Positions 18,506-29,933 of a stretch of 62,896 bases of DNA are shown piece after piece. The notes under the pieces are model-generated. The model had not been told where the DNA came from and ran no database searches. It was given only the letters and a program-made list of their open reading frames with translations. Numbering within the stretch: position 1 is the first letter of the stretch; each line of letters starts with the position of its first letter. The position numbers were made by a program, and so were the translations under genes. The DNA comes from Oligoflexales bacterium (lineage in GTDB: Bacteria; Bdellovibrionota_B; Oligoflexia; Oligoflexales; Bog-1112): the NCBI GenBank assembly GCA_045105515.1, contig JBGCDR010000138.1, forward strand, positions 1 to 62,896. Reading direction: 5' to 3'.

Positions 18506-20133
18506 ATGATTTTTAAACTGTTTATGCTACTTACTCTTGTAATACAAGGGACTGCTTGCAGCAAAAAAAATTCTAGCGTTATTGACCCTAAAAATACAAC
18601 AGAACCTGCTAGCGAGATCAATGATGAAAATGTAGTTAAAATTGATGATACCATGGCAAATGCAGAAGATGCTTAATCAAATGCGAAGATAATTGATATT
18701 GGTTTGGAAGAATTAGTAGATGCAGGTGGCAATAACCTAACTCCTGACACCCAAATCGCCAAACTGAAGCCAGCTTTATCTACGGAATTAAATCCACAAA
18801 CAAGTTTTGTATTTCAAATCATTGAAACAGAAGGAACCGATTATGACTTCTTCATGCTCAAAGATGCTAATATTTTCTCGAAAAAAGAAATTCTCGGAGA
18901 TAGGCGCTATTTTCTAAATATTGAGGTAAAAACCGGAGATATTAGCTTCAGTAAGAACATAGTTTTTTCAATTTCAGCAGGACAGATTCCTCCTGAAAAC
19001 CCACAAGATATATTACTATCAAATACATCCATCGATGAAAATTTACCTAAAGGTAGTGAAATTGGCTCATTTGTCGTTATTGACGATGCAAGAAATCAGC
19101 ATGATTTAACACTACTAGTTTCAGAAGATGGCCAAAATGACAATGCTTTATTTTATCTGGAAGGAAACAAAATTTTTGCTAACGAAAGCTTTGATTTCGA
19201 AAGCCGCAATTCATTCAATATTGCAATGGTAGCAAAGAATACGGAGTTTGCAGATAAAATGTTAATAAAAAATATAAGCATAAGCGTTACTGACCTTGGA
19301 GAATGCAAAGATTTATCCCTAGGGGGAATTTGGGTTCAAGTGCCTGGAGATCCTGATTATGGAACTGATGACTTTTGCGTCATGAAGTATGAGGCTAAAT
19401 GTGGGCGACTGGATGGGAATAATTGTACCGCTAATATTGATACTGAAATCCCAGTTTCAAAACCTGAGGGAAGCCCTTGGGTAGAAATTATTCAACAGCA
19501 AGCCATTACCGAGTGTGCTTCCATAGGAACTGGCTTTCGCTTGATCACCAATGAAGAATGGATGACTATCGCAGCAAATATTACGAACGTAGGTGAGAAT
19601 TGGAGCGATGGGGCTGTGGGAGCAGGGGTACTTGCCAGAGTCATTCTGATAATAATCCAAGCAGCGCTTGCGCTGCCGATTCAAACGACGCTAATGCCTA
19701 CGTACAAACTGACTGTTTAGGTGGAGAAGAAGGTCCATTTAATCAGCGTAGAACCCATTTTCTTGCAGATGGCTCTACCATTTGGGATTTGAGTGGTAAT
19801 GTCAGAGACATTGTTGACTATTTCAACGATAGCGACAAACCTCAACCTGCTAGCTTTGGACGTAAAGAATTCATGGAAGTTACCGGCACTGACAGCATGC
19901 CAAAAACAGCATTAGTTCCTTCCAACAAAGCATTCTGGAGTCCTGACTGGAATTCCAGCACTCATTTTATTGGTTATTATTATGGCGGACCTAACATGCA
20001 AGGAGGGCCTCTGATGCGTGGAGGGTGGTACCTTAGCGGCGCTACATCTGGGCTTTTTTATGTCAATTTAAATGAAGATAAGGCTTTTGATATGATTGGA
20101 TTTAGATGCACGGCAGCTGTTCCCAATCTGTAA
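18506..20133 (+). pseudogene. Disrupted lipoprotein: cadherin-like domain + FGE/C-type-lectin-fold domain
   Basis: ATG 18506 with lipobox GTAC; in-frame TAA at 18674-18676; same frame resumes at 18704; -1 frameshift near 19640 (AR-G-HSDNNP); FCVMKYEAK, RLITNEEW, WDLSGNV, RGG, IGFRC. Confidence 0.8.
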
Positions 20134-20210
20134 AACTGGCCTCTCAGTACCATCGAGAAATCTTTCTTTAGCCAGATTATCTTTTTCAAACCTAGTTTAT
20201 CATCCGATAA

Positions 20211-20726
20211 ATGCAGATTATAATAAAAAAAGACCAAATTTTAGTCTGTACAGATAGAGATTTTACAAAGAGAATACAAGGGGAATTCCATTTGCTTGAT
20301 AAGAAGATTTTTATCACAGTATTCGTAGCTGTTATTGCAGCTCTATTTACGTATGAAAAGTTTTATAAAATTCGCTATAAACAAGCTGCTTATATTTCTG
20401 AAGGAATAGTACAGGCGACAAGAATAAAAAACCATGTCATGGAATACTACATGACCACTGGAAAGCTCCCCTCGACTAATAATGATTTAGGAATCGCTCC
20501 ACCTGAACAATTCAAAAGTGAATCACTCGTCAGTTTAGAGGTATCCAAAGGAGGGATCATTACCCTTACTTTTGACAGAAAATCTGGGGTTAAAAATGGC
20601 ATCATTCAATTTAGCCCGAAAGTGAGAGAAACCATGAATCCGCAGTGGGCCTGCACAACACCAAGCTATCAAAAAATTTCATCTTATTATCCACAGTGTA
20701 AATATATTGAAAATAAAGATTCGTGA
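20211..20726 (+). CDS. Type IV pilin-like protein (PilA globular domain)
   Basis: SEG...A..IKNHVMEYYMTTGKLP; C-terminal W.C...P.C disulfide; true start may be TTG ~20292. Confidence 0.7.
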   Translation: MQIIIKKDQILVCTDRDFTKRIQGEFHLLDKKIFITVFVAVIAALFTYEKFYKIRYKQAAYISEGIVQATRIKNHVMEYYMTTGKLPSTNNDLGIAPPEQFKSESLVSLEVSKGGIITLTFDRKSGVKNGIIQFSPKVRETMNPQWACTTPSYQKISSYYPQCKYIENKDS

Positions 20727-20787
20727 GAGGTGTGAATCTGACTTAGGTGAGGCTTATTTTTTTAAAATACTCGATTCGATCAGTATA

Positions 20788-21231
20788 TCACAGAGACATT
20801 TTCTTCTTGATTAAATAGTCTAGAGATAATTTTCCTGCACCTGTGGAAGCAAGAACAAGAAAGCTGAAGAAGTAGACTAACGCTAGCTCCTTCTTTGCAA
20901 ACGGATCTGCAAAGTGCCTTCCAAAGGCTGCTACGAACATAGTAATACAAACAAATATGGAACTAAAGCGGGTCGAGAGCCCTATTGCCACGAAAAAAGC
21001 TCCAATAAATTCGGCAAGACCGGCAGCGAAAGCAAATAAGCTTGGAAGGGGAAATCCTAAGGCACCAACCGCTTGAACAAAACCCTCTGAAGGTGGTATC
21101 TTACCTATACCATGGGCAAAAGCCATCATCCCACCTATTCCCAACCTCCCTAAAAGTAGAGTAAGATTAGAAATTTTAGAATTGAATTCTTCTCCACTCA
21201 CAACGAAAGAAATAATTTTCTTTAAACTCAT
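20788..21231 (-). CDS. DoxX family membrane protein
   Basis: LLGRL...HGIGK, AEFIGA...GL.TR, GAGKLSLD. Confidence 0.9.
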   Translation of the reverse strand: MSLKKIISFVVSGEEFNSKISNLTLLLGRLGIGGMMAFAHGIGKIPPSEGFVQAVGALGFPLPSLFAFAAGLAEFIGAFFVAIGLSTRFSSIFVCITMFVAAFGRHFADPFAKKELALVYFFSFLVLASTGAGKLSLDYLIKKKMSL

Positions 21232-21454
21232 ACCGCTTCCCGATTTTAGACTAAATATGGTTATCGATAATTCGCAGCGATTGCATGCCAGTTATTGCAA
21301 TTAAATTCCGGCAATGTTTTTTGGCTTTATCTCATTTTAACATATCGCCATGCTCATCTTGCTCAGTTCAAACTTAGTCTGAGGAACTTCATATTTATTC
21401 TAAAAAATAGTTATGCTGAATTTCTAATTAGATAAAAATAAAATAATTGAACAC

Positions 21455-21978
21455 TTAAGCGGCTGGTGCCGCATAAAAGTTGAAGATACGATTATACATT
21501 AGAGACAGCATTTTTGAGACTATCTTTTGCGCATCCTTCGATGAAACAAGTTCCCATTCTTGTTCTTCTCGATCATAGCGAAATAGACTAGAATCGTTAA
21601 CTTCTAGAACCAATAAAATATTTACTGGAACCTGATATTTATAAGGATAGGGAAGTGCTTCATAAATTAGGCACCATTCATAAACGAGTTTTTCAAGCAA
21701 TAAATTACCTGGATTATTTTTATAGGTATTATCTAGGATTATATCTCGTTCATTAAAGGGAGTCCCTTCGATTTCATCATTTTCTCCTTGGGATTCGAAA
21801 AAAATGGAATATCACTTTCAATATAATTTATGAAGAAATTAATTTCTCTATTTCTATATTCCTCATCATTAAAATATTCCTCTATATCAGTGCTTGCCGA
21901 CATTAAGGATGGTGTGAATAGTAAATAAAGAAAAAATATAGCTATTTTCACTGTAAAAAACCTTTGACTGAGATTCAA
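21455..21978 (-). pseudogene. Secreted hypothetical protein split by a frameshift at a T7 run
   Basis: The two short ORFs join (…DIPFF-ESQGENDEIEGTPF…NLLLEKL) if the homopolymer at 21798-21804 changes length. Confidence 0.55.
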
Positions 21979-22479
21979 AGGGCCAAAAATTAGTTAGTCA
22001 TCGATAAAATGTCAAGCGCTTTAATTTTTCAGAGCGGTTCTTAAGTGATAGGTGTAATAAAAAATACCATTTTATAGAGATATTAAATACAAGAAACAAA
22101 TTTTTTCTAAATTTTCGGGAAACCACATTTGGTTTTCCAAGGTTCATAAGAAGCGGTCTTTAGTTATTCAATATCTCATATATGAAATAAGGCAAGGAAA
22201 GATCTCCAAGAAGACAAATATTTTTAGCATAATTCATTTTGCTTAATAAACTTAGTCTTTTAGCTTACTAGACATCAGATTTAACTATTAATATTAATAC
22301 CTTATAAAAATGGCAATTGTTGAGCTGAAGAGCAAAGTTTATGTAAATATTACCCTTGGCAAATCAATTCTAAGCCTCGATATTAAATTATATTTTTAAT
22401 ATTTTTTATGAATTTTAAATTTTCTGTCAATCTTCCGATCCCCTAGAAAGATTATGAAACTACTGGGCAGGAGCCTCCG

Positions 22480-25400
22480 GTGAATGGTTTGACTCTAGGG
22501 ATTTTAATACTGCTTAATATGACATTTATTTGGTCATGTGGTGTTCAAAATCCACAGAAGCAGGACCTTAATGAAGTAAAAACAGACGATTCCACCTCAA
22601 GTCGCGGCTTAGCAGAGACCATTGGAGATTTTAAGCTCGAGTGCCAATGGGGCACTTCTAAATCCTATATACTTTGTGGACTCCATTCCGTGGAAACCAA
22701 AAAACGTATCCCTGATTTAGAGGTTAAAGAAAAATTCATCTCTTCATTTGCTATTACTCCCTATCACCGAGTTAGCTTTGAGGTCATGGAAGGAGGATCT
22801 TTCAGACCAGATTCTGTATTGACCTATGAGGAGCAGACTCTGGTAAGTTCTAGTTGGCATATTAAAATCGGAGTCAGCAATCCAGGGACTATCAGTTCCA
22901 TCGTCCTAAAAGTAAATGATGCCATCAAGAAGGAACTTGAAACAGAACGCTTTACTTTGGACCGTTCACTTATCAAAGGCGAGGATGAACTATTTGCTGG
23001 CTTTGATATTACCAAACCTAAACCCCTCACCCGCAAACAATATCCTGAGATCACTTGGTCACCGATTGGTGATAATGTTGGTTACTACCATGTAAGGTTA
23101 GCATCAGACCCAGGTTGTTCTGAGGTGCTACAAGAGAAATTTGTTGAGAATGGGCTTGAACATGCATTTTCTGGTGGACTGAATGATGGAATCTACCATG
23201 TTTGCATTAGTGCAAGGAACAATGCTGGCTATACTAAGGATGCAGATAACAATGCTTATCAATTTGAAGTTGACACCCTCCCTCCACAAGAAGCTCAAGT
23301 AAATGTTCTCGATCTTGATGGAGTTAAGACTATTCAACTATCAGCAATAGATGCTGTTGAAATGATAATATCTAAGGAAGAAACATGTGAAGGTAATGAC
23401 TGGGAAGATTTTGAACCAGAAAGAGAATGGCCATTTGGTGATTTTGCAGGAAAGATATACGCTAAATTTCGTGATGAAGTTGATAACGAAACAGAATGTA
23501 TCATTCAAGGTGGGAATAATGCTGGAAAAGAATTTGCTTGGCTCATTATTAACAATGGTGATGAGTACACCAATCAAGATCCTGTACAGCTTACCTTTGC
23601 AAAAGATCCCGAGCTAGAGGTGGATGTTAAAGAAATCAGTATCTTCAATGGCACTGAATGTGATGAAGAAACTGAAGAATGGATCCCCTATTCCCCAGAT
23701 CCAATAGATTGGGCTTTGGCAGAAATGAATAGCGAAATAAGTATTTCTGCACTTTTTAAAGACGAAAATAGCAATATTTCTGCTTGTTCAACCGCAAGCA
23801 TAACTCATGACAATATACCACCTTCAGGAGAGCTAAGGTTTAATGGTGGCAGTACCCATGTCAACGCTCTGGATGTCACTCTAAATATCCTGTCAGATGA
23901 CAGTGCTTTTATGCTTATAACCGACATTGATTTCGAGGCATGCCAAGCAATAGAGCCTTCAGAACCTTTTTCAGATATTAAGCAGTGGACCCTTGTTAAT
24001 GAAAATGCTGAAAACAGTCTACATTTTCGTCTGAAGGATCTCGCAGGAAACTTATCTGAATGCACGCTTGCCTCTGTGATTCATGATAATGTTCCACCTC
24101 AAAGCCCGAGTATCAATCTCAATGAAAATGCGACCTGGACTAATGACCTAACAGTGAATGTCTATTCTACTGTATTAGGAGCAACTCAAATCTATGCTAC
24201 CGGCGACCCTACCTGCATTGTAGGAGGGACCTGGCAAAACCTTGCTGTAAGCAACCCTGCAATCTTACAAAACGCAAACACCACAGATACCATCTATGCA
24301 GCATTCCGTGACGAAGCAGGAAATATCAGTGAATGTGTCACCGACACCATTATTCATGACAACATAGCACCTGGTGACCCCACCATTGTCATCGATAGCG
24401 GCAATGATTATACCCAAGTTACCACAGTAAGCTTAGCCTTAGCAGGGCCTGAGATCACCAACATTGATATGTATGTGACTCAAGATGCCACATGTACGGC
24501 AGGTGGAACCTGGGAAAATTATGCGGCAGGCAAAGCTTGGACTTTAGCAAATTTAAATGCGGAGAATAATATTTATGTTGCCTACCGCGATCAGGCTGGA
24601 AATATAAGCAACTGCATCTCAGACTCAATTATCCATGACACCATTGCTCCAACTTCAAGCCTTAGCTTTGAAGATGGAGCAGCAGCTATCAACACAACTG
24701 CAGTCTCACTGACCATTGATCTTGGCGATGGTGCTGAAATGTATGTGACTAACAGCTCCGATTGCACTGGGGGAAGCTGGGAAACGATAGCAGCAACAAA
24801 AGCATGGACCCTTAGCAACCTCAACGCTAACAATACAGTCTATTTCAAATTTAAGGATTTAGCTGGAAATGAAACAAGCTGTCTTTCGGACTCTATCCTT
24901 CATGACAACATTAAGCCGACCTCTGGAACTGTAAGCATAGATGCTGGAGCCACCTACGCCACTGACACTGCTGTGACCTTGAGTCTTTCAGCTGTTGAGG
25001 CTGACTATGTCTATGTCACTAATGATGCTTCTTGCACCACTGGTGGCAACTGGGTAGCCTATACCACCTCACTTGCCTGGGCCCTTGGTCAGTCCAATAG
25101 CACTGCGACAGTCTATGCGAGCTATCGGGATGAAGCCGGAAACGTTATCGATACTTGCGCCTCTGATACGATAATCCATGATGATATAGCTCCTACAGGG
25201 AGCATAGCCATAGATGACTCTGGCAATGACGGATTCACCAATGACTCCACCCCGAGTCTGACACTTTCAGCCACAGATACCAATGGGCTTGCTCAGATGT
25301 ATATTACAAACACAGCAGGCTGCGCCTCAGGAGGAACCGAAGAAGCTTATGCTACTTCTTCTGCATCTTGGCCTATAGCACAAACCAACAATACCGCAAA

Positions 25401-28400
25401 TGTTTATGTAAAATTTAAAGACAATGCAGGGGTTTGGAGCGACTGCTACAGCGATGATATTGTCCATGATAGTATCAACCCAAGTGGCAGCTTGACCATA
25501 GATGCATCGGGTGATGACAACTATACCAGTGACTCAACACCTAGTCTGACCATCAGCAGCAGCGATGCCAATACAGTCTCTGATATGTATGTGACTAACA
25601 CTGCAGGGTGCGCTTCGGGTGGATCTTGGGAAAGTTATGCAACAAGTAAATCTGCGTGGACCCTAGGAGCAACTGAGACTGGTACTACTGTCTATATTAA
25701 GTTTAGGGATATTTCCGGAAATGAGTCTGCTTGTATTGATGATGCAACTACTCACGATTCTATTGCTCCCACCAGCCCTAGCATTAGCATCTCTTCTGGA
25801 GCTACATACGCAACTTCCACCTCCATAAGCGTTGATACTAGTGCCACAGCTGCTGCTTATGTTTATATGACCAATACCCCCGGTTGTGGAAGCGGAGGAA
25901 CATGGACGGCCCTCGCTGCTTCAATGGCATGGAACTTGGCACAGACTAATTCAACGGCTACGGTTTATGCTAAATTTCGCGATGAAGCCTATAACGAGTC
26001 TTCTTGTACTTCCGATACCATCACCCATGATGACATTGCGCCTTCATCCACAGCAATCACGATCGTAAATTCAGGTGTTGCCAATTATACGAACGATAGC
26101 GCTCCAAACCTTACCTTGTCAGCAAGCGATACTAATGGACTTGCGGAAATGTACATTACTAATACTGCAGGTTGTGCGAGTGGAGGCAGCGAAGAGTCTT
26201 ATAGCACTAGTAAGGCAGACTGGACCCTTGCTCAAAATGACACAACTGCAACCGTTTATATAAAATTTAAAGATAACCCAGGAAATTGGAGTAGCTGCAT
26301 AAATGGCACCATTATCCACGATGGTACCGCACCAACTGGCAGCATCACAATTAGCAACTCAGGAAATGCAGGCTACACTAACGAAAGCGCACCAGATTTA
26401 AGCTTAAGTGCCACCGATACCAATGGCGTTACTAAAATGTACGTCACCAACACCTCAGGCTGTGCTTCAGGAGGTACTGAAGAGGATTATGCGACTAGCG
26501 AGAACGATTGGACCCTCGGGCAAAACAACACCACAGCTACGGTTTATGTAAAGTTTAAGGATATCGCTGGTAACTGGTCCAGCTGCTTCAGCGATAATAT
26601 TGTCCATGACAATATTGCTCCTACTTCCACCAGTATTTCCATCAGCTCAGGGGCTACCTACGCCACAAGCACAAGCGTGAGCCTGAGTCTAGGAGCTACG
26701 GGAGCAGATCAAATGTATGCCACCAACACAGCAGGCTGTGGTTCAGACGGAGCATACGAGTCCTATAATGCGATCAAGTCATGGACTTTAGGCCAAGAAA
26801 ATACAACTGCAACCGTTTACATTAAATTCAAAGACCTGGCTCAAAACGAAAGTAGCTGTATTAATGACACGATCATTCATGATGGTATTGATCCCACTGC
26901 TCCCACCAGTATGGATGACGCAGTCTCAGCATCTACCGATGAAACTTCATCAATGAGCTGGGGTGTTGGCTCTGATAGCGGTTCCGGTGTTGCTTCCTAC
27001 GAACTTGCCATCGGGACGGCTGCAGAAGGCACCGATATTCTTGATTGGACTGATGTGGGCAATGTCCTCAGTGTAGCCCAGTCAGGCTTAAGCCTTACTT
27101 GGAACAATACTTACTATGCAAGCATTCGTACTAAGGATGCTGCAGGTCGCGTCAGCACTGTGACCGGAGGAGATGGATTCCTCGCCGGCTTTGTCCAAGA
27201 ATCATACCTAAAATCTAGCAACCAGGATTCCGGCGATGAAATGGGAACCTCGGTGGCCATCGATGTTGATACGGCTGTATCTGGAATTCCCTATTATGAG
27301 AATAGTGCAGCCAATAACTCAGGGGCTGCGCTTGTTTTTGTAAGGAGTGGACGTACCTGGAGTGAACAGCAGTTGCTAGTACCAAGCAACGTTGATGCAA
27401 ACGATCACTATGGGTTTTCGGTAGCAGTCAGTGGTGACACCCTAGTAGTAGGGTCCCCGAAGGAAGACAGCAACTCAACAACAATTGCAGGGTCTGAGAA
27501 CAGCAATGACTCTGCTCCGGATTCAGGGGCTGTGTTTGTTTACACCCGTTCGGGCGCCACTTGGACCTTAGAAGCTTATATAAAACCATCAAATAGTATG
27601 CCAAATAACCAGTTTGGTTATTCAGTTGCCCTTGACGGCGACACTTTGGTAGTCGGAGCTCCTTATGAAGATGGAAACCAAACAAGTATCACCAATACTG
27701 ATTCCACTGCATCTCCAGCCGATTACACCAGTGAGTATGATTCTGGAGCTGTGTATGTATTTAAACGCTCTGGAACCACCTGGACGCAGGATGCCTATAT
27801 AAAGTCAGCCAATAACACCGGTGGCTTTAATTTTGGCAAACATGTTGCCGTTGACAGCTCCACCCTGGTCGTAGGAGTACCTGATGAGGACAGTAATCAA
27901 ACAAGCATCACAAACGGAACCACTGCAAGTTCTGATACATCCTTGGAAGACTCTGGTGCTGTTTTTGTATATTTAAAAGATGGGGGAGGATCCTGGGCTC
28001 AAGAGGCTTATATTAAAGCAAGTAACAACGACAGCTATGATAGCTTTGGCTCAGCGATTTCAGTATCTTCTGATACAATTGTCGTGGGAGCACCACAAGA
28101 AGATAGTAATGCGCAATCCATTTCCACAGGAACAAGTACTAATGATGATGAAAGCGCAAGTGGAGCAGCTTATATTTTTACTCGCAGCGGCACTACCTGG
28201 AGCTTAGAGGCTTATATTAAAGGCTTTAACACTGAAGCTGGAGATTTATTTGCCCATTCTGTTGCGGTTGATGGTGATGACCTTGTCGTCGGTTCTTACA
28301 TAGAAGCAGGGGATCTGACAACCGTTGATAATGGCACTCCCAGCGACAATGACAACAGTTCCCAATCTGGAGCCTGTTATATTTATGCTCGTTCAGGAAC

Positions 28401-28605
28401 TACTTGGACTCACAAAACCTTTGCTAAAGCACCCAATAATGACTCAGCCTACCATTACTGCAAGTCTGTAGACCTAGACTCTGGAAGCTTGCTTGTTGGC
28501 TCTGCTGGCGAGGACAGTGAAAGTACTAGCATCATCAATGGCACTACGGCCGACTCTGGATCTTCAAGCACAGATTCCGGAGCCTTATACATCATCAAAC
28601 GTTAA
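22480..28605 (+). CDS. Giant surface lipoprotein/adhesin: ~12 Ig-like repeats + C-terminal FG-GAP beta-propeller
   Basis: Lipobox IWSC; ~92-aa repeats ending F.D.AGN.S.C...I.HD..AP; repeated FG.SVA..GDTLVVGAP.ED...SGAVYVF. Confidence 0.9.
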   Translation: MNGLTLGILILLNMTFIWSCGVQNPQKQDLNEVKTDDSTSSRGLAETIGDFKLECQWGTSKSYILCGLHSVETKKRIPDLEVKEKFISSFAITPYHRVSFEVMEGGSFRPDSVLTYEEQTLVSSSWHIKIGVSNPGTISSIVLKVNDAIKKELETERFTLDRSLIKGEDELFAGFDITKPKPLTRKQYPEITWSPIGDNVGYYHVRLASDPGCSEVLQEKFVENGLEHAFSGGLNDGIYHVCISARNNAGYTKDADNNAYQFEVDTLPPQEAQVNVLDLDGVKTIQLSAIDAVEMIISKEETCEGNDWEDFEPEREWPFGDFAGKIYAKFRDEVDNETECIIQGGNNAGKEFAWLIINNGDEYTNQDPVQLTFAKDPELEVDVKEISIFNGTECDEETEEWIPYSPDPIDWALAEMNSEISISALFKDENSNISACSTASITHDNIPPSGELRFNGGSTHVNALDVTLNILSDDSAFMLITDIDFEACQAIEPSEPFSDIKQWTLVNENAENSLHFRLKDLAGNLSECTLASVIHDNVPPQSPSINLNENATWTNDLTVNVYSTVLGATQIYATGDPTCIVGGTWQNLAVSNPAILQNANTTDTIYAAFRDEAGNISECVTDTIIHDNIAPGDPTIVIDSGNDYTQVTTVSLALAGPEITNIDMYVTQDATCTAGGTWENYAAGKAWTLANLNAENNIYVAYRDQAGNISNCISDSIIHDTIAPTSSLSFEDGAAAINTTAVSLTIDLGDGAEMYVTNSSDCTGGSWETIAATKAWTLSNLNANNTVYFKFKDLAGNETSCLSDSILHDNIKPTSGTVSIDAGATYATDTAVTLSLSAVEADYVYVTNDASCTTGGNWVAYTTSLAWALGQSNSTATVYASYRDEAGNVIDTCASDTIIHDDIAPTGSIAIDDSGNDGFTNDSTPSLTLSATDTNGLAQMYITNTAGCASGGTEEAYATSSASWPIAQTNNTANVYVKFKDNAGVWSDCYSDDIVHDSINPSGSLTIDASGDDNYTSDSTPSLTISSSDANTVSDMYVTNTAGCASGGSWESYATSKSAWTLGATETGTTVYIKFRDISGNESACIDDATTHDSIAPTSPSISISSGATYATSTSISVDTSATAAAYVYMTNTPGCGSGGTWTALAASMAWNLAQTNSTATVYAKFRDEAYNESSCTSDTITHDDIAPSSTAITIVNSGVANYTNDSAPNLTLSASDTNGLAEMYITNTAGCASGGSEESYSTSKADWTLAQNDTTATVYIKFKDNPGNWSSCINGTIIHDGTAPTGSITISNSGNAGYTNESAPDLSLSATDTNGVTKMYVTNTSGCASGGTEEDYATSENDWTLGQNNTTATVYVKFKDIAGNWSSCFSDNIVHDNIAPTSTSISISSGATYATSTSVSLSLGATGADQMYATNTAGCGSDGAYESYNAIKSWTLGQENTTATVYIKFKDLAQNESSCINDTIIHDGIDPTAPTSMDDAVSASTDETSSMSWGVGSDSGSGVASYELAIGTAAEGTDILDWTDVGNVLSVAQSGLSLTWNNTYYASIRTKDAAGRVSTVTGGDGFLAGFVQESYLKSSNQDSGDEMGTSVAIDVDTAVSGIPYYENSAANNSGAALVFVRSGRTWSEQQLLVPSNVDANDHYGFSVAVSGDTLVVGSPKEDSNSTTIAGSENSNDSAPDSGAVFVYTRSGATWTLEAYIKPSNSMPNNQFGYSVALDGDTLVVGAPYEDGNQTSITNTDSTASPADYTSEYDSGAVYVFKRSGTTWTQDAYIKSANNTGGFNFGKHVAVDSSTLVVGVPDEDSNQTSITNGTTASSDTSLEDSGAVFVYLKDGGGSWAQEAYIKASNNDSYDSFGSAISVSSDTIVVGAPQEDSNAQSISTGTSTNDDESASGAAYIFTRSGTTWSLEAYIKGFNTEAGDLFAHSVAVDGDDLVVGSYIEAGDLTTVDNGTPSDNDNSSQSGACYIYARSGTTWTHKTFAKAPNNDSAYHYCKSVDLDSGSLLVGSAGEDSESTSIINGTTADSGSSSTDSGALYIIKR

Positions 28606-28866
28606 GAACGAAAAGCACTCAAGATGATGTACGGCCCATTTTCCATTCTTTAAATGATTCAATAGAGTTTTTTGTAAAACACCTTCTCCTCGTTGCTGGA
28701 ACAAAAACCACAGAAATGGAATCCCAGCTAAAAATACAACTATCACCGAATTGCTTAAGGAGGCACTATTAAAATAGTAGAATAAAATGGCAGCAACAAC
28801 ACCTGCTACTGCCACAGCTCGAAGAAAAGGAGCAGGCAATGGCCCTCGCATTAAGCGAAGAATCAC
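28585..28866 (-). CDS. Small membrane protein, possibly a remnant
   Basis: Two hydrophobic segments; overlaps the adhesin 3' end. Confidence 0.35.
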   Translation of the reverse strand: MILRLMRGPLPAPFLRAVAVAGVVAAILFYYFNSASLSNSVIVVFLAGIPFLWFLFQQRGEGVLQKTLLNHLKNGKWAVHHLECFSFLTFDDV

Positions 28867-29278
28867 CTCACTCCCATCATTTTCCTCGGTAACTTGACTT
28901 CTGAAACTGGTGGAAAAGTCAAGAATGAATTGGTAAGAAATAATTTTGGTGGGGACCGTCTGACGTCAAATCGAAGGTGATTACTATTAAGGTTTGCAGC
29001 TTCAGCTAATGCCCAACGCAGAATAAAATTTATCAACTGAGAGTTGAAATGAATAAAAAGAGCACTTAATTTTTTTAAAAATTAAGTTAAGGTATTGTTT
29101 TGTAGCTCAGTATCGATAACAATATAAACACACTTTACTAATAAATAAACAAGCTTACAAATTTTTCTTAGACCACATAAAGGATGAATTTATCAAGGAT
29201 AATTTGATATCTGAATCAATTTTATAAAGATTTTAGTCCAAAATATTGTAAGCAAGCATCTTGTGGTAGGCGAAAAAA

Positions 29279-29911
29279 ATGTTAGAGTTCCTGACATGCA
29301 CTTTAGCAGGAATCTTAGGTGGATTTGGTAGCTCTTGTGGAGTTGGTCCCATTAACCTATGGATGGCTGATGCTGCATTTATGCGACGCTACAAAGACAT
29401 CTATTGGTTTTTACTAGGTGTGGTCATAACGGACATTTGCTACGCCTTCTTAGCTGCTTGGGGTTATCATAGCTTATTGATCGAAAGCCCTTATCTGAAA
29501 TACATAAGCTATTTTGGCGCAATATTCATGATCCTAATTGGCATCAGTCTATTCTTTAAAAAAAATTCCGAACAGCAAAAAGAGAATGGTATTCAAAAAA
29601 AAAGTTGGAAATATTTCTTCCTAGGAACCATCCTAACAGGTTCAAATCCTGGTTTTTTGCTTTTTTGGGTTTTCGTCATTGATTTCCTCAGTGGTCACAT
29701 TGGTATTTCAGTTAATGCAAATTTATTAGCTATCTTTCTTCTTGGAGTTGCAATTGGCGATCTAGCTTGGTTTGGGATACTAGCTAAAATCGTTGCAAAG
29801 TTTGATCGCCGAGAAAACAGCAAATTCGTTCGGCATCTGCGCAGTACATTGGCACTTGTCTTCATAGCTTCAGGTCTTTGGGTAATCACCCAAGAGATGC
29901 TGAAAGCATAG
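29279..29911 (+). CDS. LysE-family translocator
   Basis: GPINL motif, G...TGSNP, ~6 TM. Confidence 0.85.
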   Translation: MLEFLTCTLAGILGGFGSSCGVGPINLWMADAAFMRRYKDIYWFLLGVVITDICYAFLAAWGYHSLLIESPYLKYISYFGAIFMILIGISLFFKKNSEQQKENGIQKKSWKYFFLGTILTGSNPGFLLFWVFVIDFLSGHIGISVNANLLAIFLLGVAIGDLAWFGILAKIVAKFDRRENSKFVRHLRSTLALVFIASGLWVITQEMLKA

Positions 29912-29933
29912 TTTCAAAGCAGGAGTCTTGTAG

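Noticed and set aside
19600..20133. Diversity-generating retroelement
   Set aside because: A CLec-type C-terminus is present, but no reverse transcriptase or template repeat was seen in the window
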